Shown here in pieces: positions 59,091 through 64,000 of a stretch of DNA of 64,000 bases; positions within the stretch are counted from its first letter, which is position 1; every line of letters begins with the position of its first letter. The notes beneath the pieces are model-generated. The model had not been told where the DNA came from, did not search any database, and saw nothing but the letters and a program-made list of their open reading frames with translations. The stretch is from Candidatus Latescibacterota bacterium (GTDB lineage Bacteria > Latescibacterota > UBA2968 > GCA-2709665), in assembly GCA_965248435.1 (NCBI GenBank), contig OZ252100.1, forward strand, positions 4,288,001-4,352,000, in the 5' to 3' direction. The translations under genes and the position numbers were made by a program.

Positions 59091-59429
59091 TTACAGCGCA
59101 TCAGGACCTGTTTCTCCAGTTCGAATCCGTACGGCCTGTTCCAGATTGGAGACGAATATCTTACCGTCTCCGACATTCCCGGTCTTGGCAGAGCGTTCGA
59201 CGGCGTCGATCGCGCGCTCCACCTGGTCGTCACCCAGAGCGATCTCGAGCTTGACTTTCGGTAGGAAATCGATCACGTACTCGGCGCCACGGTAGACTTC
59301 CCGGTGACCCTTCTGGCGACCGAATCCCCTGGCTTCCGTAACCGTCATTCCCTGGACCCCGACCTCGGCCAGGGCCTCCCGAACGTCATCCAGCTTATGG
59401 GGCTGGATCACAGCCGTAACAAGTTTCAT
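59091..59429 (-). CDS. glnK: PII nitrogen regulatory protein
   Basis: 112 aa from the ATG at 59429, with GFGRQKG, YRGAEY (Tyr51) and GDGKIFV. It lies directly upstream of amtB and has the SD GAGGAGG. Confidence 0.95.
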   Translation of the reverse strand: MKLVTAVIQPHKLDDVREALAEVGVQGMTVTEARGFGRQKGHREVYRGAEYVIDFLPKVKLEIALGDDQVERAIDAVERSAKTGNVGDGKIFVSNLEQAVRIRTGETGPDAL

Positions 59430-59546
59430 GCGCCCCCTCCTCATTTTCTGCCCTATCAAGGCAGGACGTTAGATTCCAAACCTCGCCGAGCCTGCCCACT
59501 CACTGCCTCGGACCAGAACGATTCAGTATCGAGAATCTGGATCGGT

Positions 59547-59574
59547 AAATTAGCCCTGACTAGACGAATGTCAA
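59547..59574 (-). promoter_or_regulatory. Candidate sigma70 promoter for glnK-amtB
   Basis: On the minus strand, TTGACA, 16 nt, then TAATTT, about 115 nt upstream of the glnK ATG. Confidence 0.45.
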
Positions 59575-59708
59575 GGGCAAAATTGGGAAACGTCGGGACA
59601 AGACGCAAGTTGAATGTCTAGGGAAATATGCGGGCCTCAAATATGGCTAGGTTTTGAAAATCTGGTAGGGGGGAAAATTCGTATCAAGCTCCTTTTAAAG
59701 CGACCTGC

Positions 59709-60896
59709 TTAAACCGACTTATGACCTTGTGTCTTCTGGATAGCCAAGCCGTAGGTTTCCAGGAGCATCTTGTAATTTCCTTGAGCAGAGTATTGTTTTT
59801 CGTAATCCCTTCTCGCTGACTTTCCCATCTCCTCAACTGCCTTTCCATGGCTCCACGCCCACTTAACCTTCCCGGCCAGGTCTTCGAAATCGCCAGGCGC
59901 AAAGTGCAGGCCGGTGTGTTTATCATCGACGAGTTCCTGCATAGCGCCGAGGCGAGAAGCGATCACCGGTACGCCGCAGGCAAAGGCTTCGGCAATGGAC
60001 AAGGGGAAACCTTCGTACCACTCCGAAGGAAAAATCAGGCAATGAGCCTTCCGCATATGTGCGATAACGGAATCGTGAGAACAGTGCCCGAGCATTTCCA
60101 CACATCTCAGATTCCGAGTTTCGATCAATCCACGGAGTTCGTGCTGCAATGGTCCATTTCCCACGATCTTGAGGGGAATATCACCGACGCTCTGCCACGC
60201 GTCCAGCAGTGTCTTGAGGCCCTTTTCCGGTGCGAGCCGGCCGACAAAGAGCATATGTCTGGGTGCTCGTCCGTCATGTCCCGGGTCAGGATGGATGAAA
60301 TTGGGTTTTACAACGATCTTCTCAGGTGGAAGACCCCCCTCGATGAATTTTCTGCGGGAGAATTCGGTGAGCGCGACAAAAATGTCCACCTTCTCTTGCC
60401 AGGTCCTGATCCAGTGATGAAAGGTGATCATGGCGGTGATGACGGAAGTCTTCGCTCGAGATCCGTGGTAGCACGCGTGTCGAATTCCTGGAAGGGGAAG
60501 CGTGTGTCCCAGACAATCTTCGCATACCCGACCCTTTCGATAGAAGGTCCCGACAGGACATAGAAGGCGATAGTTGTGGAGGGTTTGGACGACTGGAACA
60601 TCAAACGCACGGCACGCATCATAAGCTGAGGGAGAGATCAGGGGAAAGGTGTTGTGAAAGTGCGCGATATCGGGTCTTTCATTACGCAACAATTCGAGCA
60701 ATTTGGCTTTAGAAGGGGATGACCATATGGTTCGGGCCGCGGTCGCAAGCCTGCTCGTCTGGTCAATTCGGTCATTGTGATCCACGAAACTGATGACCTC
60801 GTGGCCTTTTTGCCTGAGGAGCGCACTTTCTGCAGCGAAAACGGCATCCTCTCCACCGGGTTGTTGATAATAGTTATGAGCGGTAAGAATCTTCAT
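59709..60896 (-). CDS. Glycosyltransferase family 4
   Basis: HNYYQQPGGED, QTLHNYRL, FVGRL..EKG and SEWYEGFPLSIAEAFACGVPVI. Confidence 0.93.
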   Translation of the reverse strand: MKILTAHNYYQQPGGEDAVFAAESALLRQKGHEVISFVDHNDRIDQTSRLATAARTIWSSPSKAKLLELLRNERPDIAHFHNTFPLISPSAYDACRAFDVPVVQTLHNYRLLCPVGTFYRKGRVCEDCLGHTLPLPGIRHACYHGSRAKTSVITAMITFHHWIRTWQEKVDIFVALTEFSRRKFIEGGLPPEKIVVKPNFIHPDPGHDGRAPRHMLFVGRLAPEKGLKTLLDAWQSVGDIPLKIVGNGPLQHELRGLIETRNLRCVEMLGHCSHDSVIAHMRKAHCLIFPSEWYEGFPLSIAEAFACGVPVIASRLGAMQELVDDKHTGLHFAPGDFEDLAGKVKWAWSHGKAVEEMGKSARRDYEKQYSAQGNYKMLLETYGLAIQKTQGHKSV

Positions 60897-60917
60897 CGTG
60901 GTGATCGGGCGACAGCA

Positions 60918-61874
60918 TCACTCCTTCCTTACGGATTGGATGAACGCGCCGCTGGTGCACAAGTCGTCATCCGAAATGTCCCTGAATCTTTGAGCAAGGT
61001 TATTCCTCGAAATGTTCGAATTTGAACACACCTTCTTTTCGCATACCACCCTGAAGCCTTCATCCCGCAGGGTTCTGATGTGTGCTGAGTGTGGCTTGCG
61101 ATTCAGTAAATAGGGGCGTCCTCCTCTGATCAGCCTCCACGTCAAGTCTGAATGTGTCCAGTGGCCGTTCCATTCCGCAGCGGTTCCATGGGACCGGTAA
61201 TCGATCTGGTGCGAAATGAATCCGTTCGGTTTAAGCCACAATCCCATGGCCCTGTACGTCTCTTGGAGATCGTCAACGTGCTCCAGAACCGCTTGGGAAT
61301 AGATCATATCCACGGAATGTCTCTGGATACCGTCTCCAGAGTGCCAGGGGACCCTATACTCGACCATTGAGTCCACTCGACCCGGATTCGTTATCGAATC
61401 CTGGATCCTTTGGACGCGGTCCGTATTCAGAGCATTCTGCAACTTTTCACCGTTTAGAATTTGACCTGGGAATTCATAGGTATCCAAATAGGGTTTGACT
61501 TGAGGGAATTCATCTTGTCCGGGAATATTCACTCTATTTTTGAACAGGGACACCAAATCGGTAAACGTCTTCAAGTTCCTTTCAAGACTCGCGTGTTCGA
61601 CAACATCTAGGGCGTAATATTTCTCTGATCCAGACAACAGGGCCGCCAACCCGATCCCGATCGAATCGCCGGGCCCCAATTCAGCCACAATTTCGGGCCC
61701 GGTATTGAGCCTACTTTCGCTTGCCATCACCAGATGTCTTAGCCAGACGGAGTAACAATATCTCGCATTGTCCGTTCCACCGGTCGCCCCGCCGCGAATT
61801 CGAAGACGATAGAGGCCCGGAATGAAGGTCGCGATTCCGTAGGCCAGTTGGTTTAGCTTGATTTGCCCCTTCAT
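60918..61874 (-). CDS. SAM-dependent methyltransferase-like protein
   Basis: AELGPGD, YALD, DMIYSQAVLEHV and LKPNG. Confidence 0.75.
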   Translation of the reverse strand: MKGQIKLNQLAYGIATFIPGLYRLRIRGGATGGTDNARYCYSVWLRHLVMASESRLNTGPEIVAELGPGDSIGIGLAALLSGSEKYYALDVVEHASLERNLKTFTDLVSLFKNRVNIPGQDEFPQVKPYLDTYEFPGQILNGEKLQNALNTDRVQRIQDSITNPGRVDSMVEYRVPWHSGDGIQRHSVDMIYSQAVLEHVDDLQETYRAMGLWLKPNGFISHQIDYRSHGTAAEWNGHWTHSDLTWRLIRGGRPYLLNRKPHSAHIRTLRDEGFRVVCEKKVCSNSNISRNNLAQRFRDISDDDLCTSGAFIQSVRKE

Positions 61875-62111
61875 CGTAGATGAAATGTTATACCTTTCGC
61901 TGGATGCGTTAAGAAAAATGCGAGTGGCTCCTTTTGATCAGGAGCCGCTTAACTAGCGACCGAGGACCGTAACTTTCGCTTGACCTGTTTCTAGATCGAG
62001 TCAAATCTACGAAATTCCTGTTTCAGGACAAAACCCTTTATGCTTGATTTGAAGGCCCCTAACAGCCTAAAACGGCTTAACTTGAGTCGAATTCTAGCGG
62101 ATACTTTCCTG

Positions 62112-62140
62112 TTGACGATTTCGTGCGGCCTTAGTATGTT
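62112..62140 (+). promoter_or_regulatory. Candidate sigma70 promoter for sdhCA
   Basis: TTGACG, 17 nt, then TATGTT upstream of sdhC. Confidence 0.5.
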
Positions 62141-62206
62141 GTATCGGATTTGAGGAGGAATTCAGCCGTAATCCGGCCCATTTGCATCCGTTGATCCAGG
62201 TCGCTA

Positions 62207-62836
62207 TTGATGATCGCATTTTTCTCATCGAGCATCGGCAAAAAGGCCGGCATGGCCGTGACGGGGCTCCTGATCTATGGCTTCCTCGTAGGCCATCTTG
62301 CGGGCAACTTGCTGCTGTTCAATGGTGATGGCGGCGGCGCGTTCAACGCCTACTCTGCCTTCCTGACAAATCATCCCCTCTTGATCCCCATCGAATTCGT
62401 TCTCCTGGTCATTTTTGTGCTGCATATCTGTTTTGCCATCAGCGTGACGCGTGACAACCGGCGGGCAAGGCCCATCGAATATCAAGCGAGGAGCCGAGCC
62501 GTAGGCGGTAGGACCTGGGCATCTTCTACGATGCTGTATTCAGGAATTCTCATCCTCGTGTTCGTTGCCATTCACCTCAAGACCTTCAAATACGGCGACT
62601 TAGGCGGAGGCACGCTGTATCATCTGGTTGCTGCGACGTTCGACCAGACAGGTTATATTGTCTGGTACGTGGTTGCGATGGCCGTGATGGGTTTCCACCT
62701 CTGTCACGCCTTTCAGAGCGCATTTCAGACCCTGGGTCTCAAGTCTCAGGTGATCAAGGTGTTTGGTCTGGTCCTGTCTCTCGCGCTAGCCGTCGGGTTT
62801 GGTCTCATACCGCTGGTAATGGGCGTTTTGATGTAG
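62207..62836 (+). CDS. sdhC: Succinate dehydrogenase/fumarate reductase cytochrome b subunit (b558 type)
   Basis: SSIGKK..MAVTG, HL.GN and HL.H.FQSAFQTLG, with 5 TMs. It is upstream of the flavoprotein gene. Confidence 0.92.
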   Translation: MMIAFFSSSIGKKAGMAVTGLLIYGFLVGHLAGNLLLFNGDGGGAFNAYSAFLTNHPLLIPIEFVLLVIFVLHICFAISVTRDNRRARPIEYQARSRAVGGRTWASSTMLYSGILILVFVAIHLKTFKYGDLGGGTLYHLVAATFDQTGYIVWYVVAMAVMGFHLCHAFQSAFQTLGLKSQVIKVFGLVLSLALAVGFGLIPLVMGVLM

Positions 62837-62849
62837 CAAGGGATAACGA

Positions 62850-64000
62850 ATGGCACTGGATGGACACATCCCGGGCAGTCCGCTTGAGCAGAAATGGGAC
62901 AAGCACCAGTTCGAGCTCAAGCTCGTGAACCCAGCCAACAAGCGCAAGCACGACATCATTGTCGTGGGTACCGGGCTGGCCGGCGCCTCCGCCGCCGCGT
63001 CTCTCGCGGAGCTCGGTTACCACGTGCTATCGTTCTGTATACAGGACAGCCCCAGGCGCGCGCACAGCATCGCTGCGCAGGGTGGGATCAACGCCGCGAA
63101 GAACTACCAGAACGACGGGGACAGCGTATTCCGGCTGTTCTACGATACCATCAAGGGAGGAGACTACCGCTCCCGAGAGGCGAACGTCTACCGGCTGGCC
63201 CAGGTCAGCAGCAACATCATCGATCAATGCGCCGCACAGGGAGTGCCCTTTGCGCGGGAATATGGGGGCACACTGTCCAATCGGTCGTTCGGGGGGGCAC
63301 AGGTCTCGCGGACCTTCTATGCACGCGGACAGACGGGCCAGCAGCTGCTCCTCGGCGCCTACAGTGCCCTGATGCGGCAGGTGGATGCGGGAAAGGTCAG
63401 GCTGTTTCCCCGACACGAGATGCTGGACCTGGTGCTCGTGAATGGCGAGGCCCGGGGCATCATCACCCGAGACCTGGTTACAGGGCGATACGAGAAATTC
63501 GCGGCGGACGCGGTGGTACTCGCCACGGGCGGCTACGGCAATGCGTTCTTCCTCTCCACGAATGCGAAGGCGTGCAACGTGACGGCCACCTGGCGCGCCC
63601 ACAAGCGCGGGGCGCTTTTCGCGAATCCCTGCTTCACTCAGATTCACCCGACGTGTATCCCTGTCTCCGGAAACTATCAATCCAAACTGACCCTGATGAG
63701 TGAGAGCCTGCGCAACGATGGCAGGGTGTGGGTCCCGAAAAATGTCGGGGATTCACGGCCGCCCGAGGGGGTCCCTGAAGAGGAGCGGGACTATTACCTG
63801 GAGCGGAGATACCCCAGCTTCGGAAACCTGGTTCCGCGAGACGTGGCTTCGCGCAACGCGAAGGCCGTGTGTGATGAAGAACGGGGCGTGGGCGCCTCGG
63901 GTCGGGCGGTCTATCTCGATTTTCGGGATGCCATCGAGCGGGACGGGGAGGCGATCATCCGGGAGAAGTACGGAAATCTTTTCGAAATGTATGAAGACAT
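62850..64000 (+). CDS. sdhA: Succinate dehydrogenase/fumarate reductase flavoprotein subunit, 3'-truncated by window edge (absent from the ORF track)
   Basis: The ATG at 62850 reads MALDGHIPG...VVGTGLAG...[17 protein letters not shown]...QIHPT...[10 protein letters not shown], and the frame is open to the window end. Confidence 0.95.
   Translation, partial: MALDGHIPGSPLEQKWDKHQFELKLVNPANKRKHDIIVVGTGLAGASAAASLAELGYHVLSFCIQDSPRRAHSIAAQGGINAAKNYQNDGDSVFRLFYDTIKGGDYRSREANVYRLAQVSSNIIDQCAAQGVPFAREYGGTLSNRSFGGAQVSRTFYARGQTGQQLLLGAYSALMRQVDAGKVRLFPRHEMLDLVLVNGEARGIITRDLVTGRYEKFAADAVVLATGGYGNAFFLSTNAKACNVTATWRAHKRGALFANPCFTQIHPTCIPVSGNYQSKLTLMSESLRNDGRVWVPKNVGDSRPPEGVPEEERDYYLERRYPSFGNLVPRDVASRNAKAVCDEERGVGASGRAVYLDFRDAIERDGEAIIREKYGNLFEMYED

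Noticed and set aside
59460-59700. Sigma54 promoter upstream of glnK
   Set aside because: No GG-N10-GC match with TGGCAC context was found. A sigma70-like motif fits better.
61980-62004. TTGAC-N15-GTCAA palindrome between divergent genes
   Set aside because: The spacing does not fit FNR/CRP boxes and the 5-bp arms could arise by chance.
62894-63703. 269-aa plus-strand ORF and 217-aa minus-strand ORF
   Set aside because: Both are alternative frames of sdhA, whose real frame starts at 62850 and runs off the window.
1-64000. Transposases, integrases, tRNA/rRNA genes and CRISPR arrays
   Set aside because: None were recognised by eye, and the intergenic gaps are short and mostly explained by gene relics.

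Overview
This bacterial window is dominated by a co-directional (+ strand) surface-glycan locus of about 55 kb (1-55.2 kb, running off the 5' edge). The locus has two nonulosonic-acid (sialic-acid-like, NulO) modules. The first is NeuA-like + Fe-ADH + DegT aminotransferase + KdsC-like phosphatase + an animal-NANS-like NeuB. The second is an epimerase + a divergent NeuB + a PseG-like protein, with a second NeuA further downstream. Tailoring enzymes are unusually numerous: about 10 SAM methyltransferases in the window, 2 radical SAM/SPASM enzymes, a carbamoyltransferase, a PIG-L deacetylase, a 2OG-Fe(II) oxygenase, a 2-hydroxyacid dehydrogenase, an AsnB amidotransferase and SGNH proteins. The locus also encodes GT2/GT4 transferases, three large uncharacterised GT-B-like proteins, Wzy/WaaL-like membrane proteins, TPR membrane proteins and a WcaJ/WbaP-type priming transferase. 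Two genes are split by single-base frameshifts, and several decayed remnants (neuA, GT4, SGNH) lie between intact genes. After the locus come a minus-strand ligase-TPR gene, glnK-amtB, a GT4/methyltransferase pair, and sdhC plus the start of sdhA. No rRNA, tRNA, CRISPR array or transposase was recognised. The leading novelty candidate is a KdnAB-like oxidase/aminotransferase pair embedded in a 9-phosphate sialic-acid pathway, which predicts a 9-amino-nonulosonic acid. Family calls come from motif recognition by eye, not from database searches.
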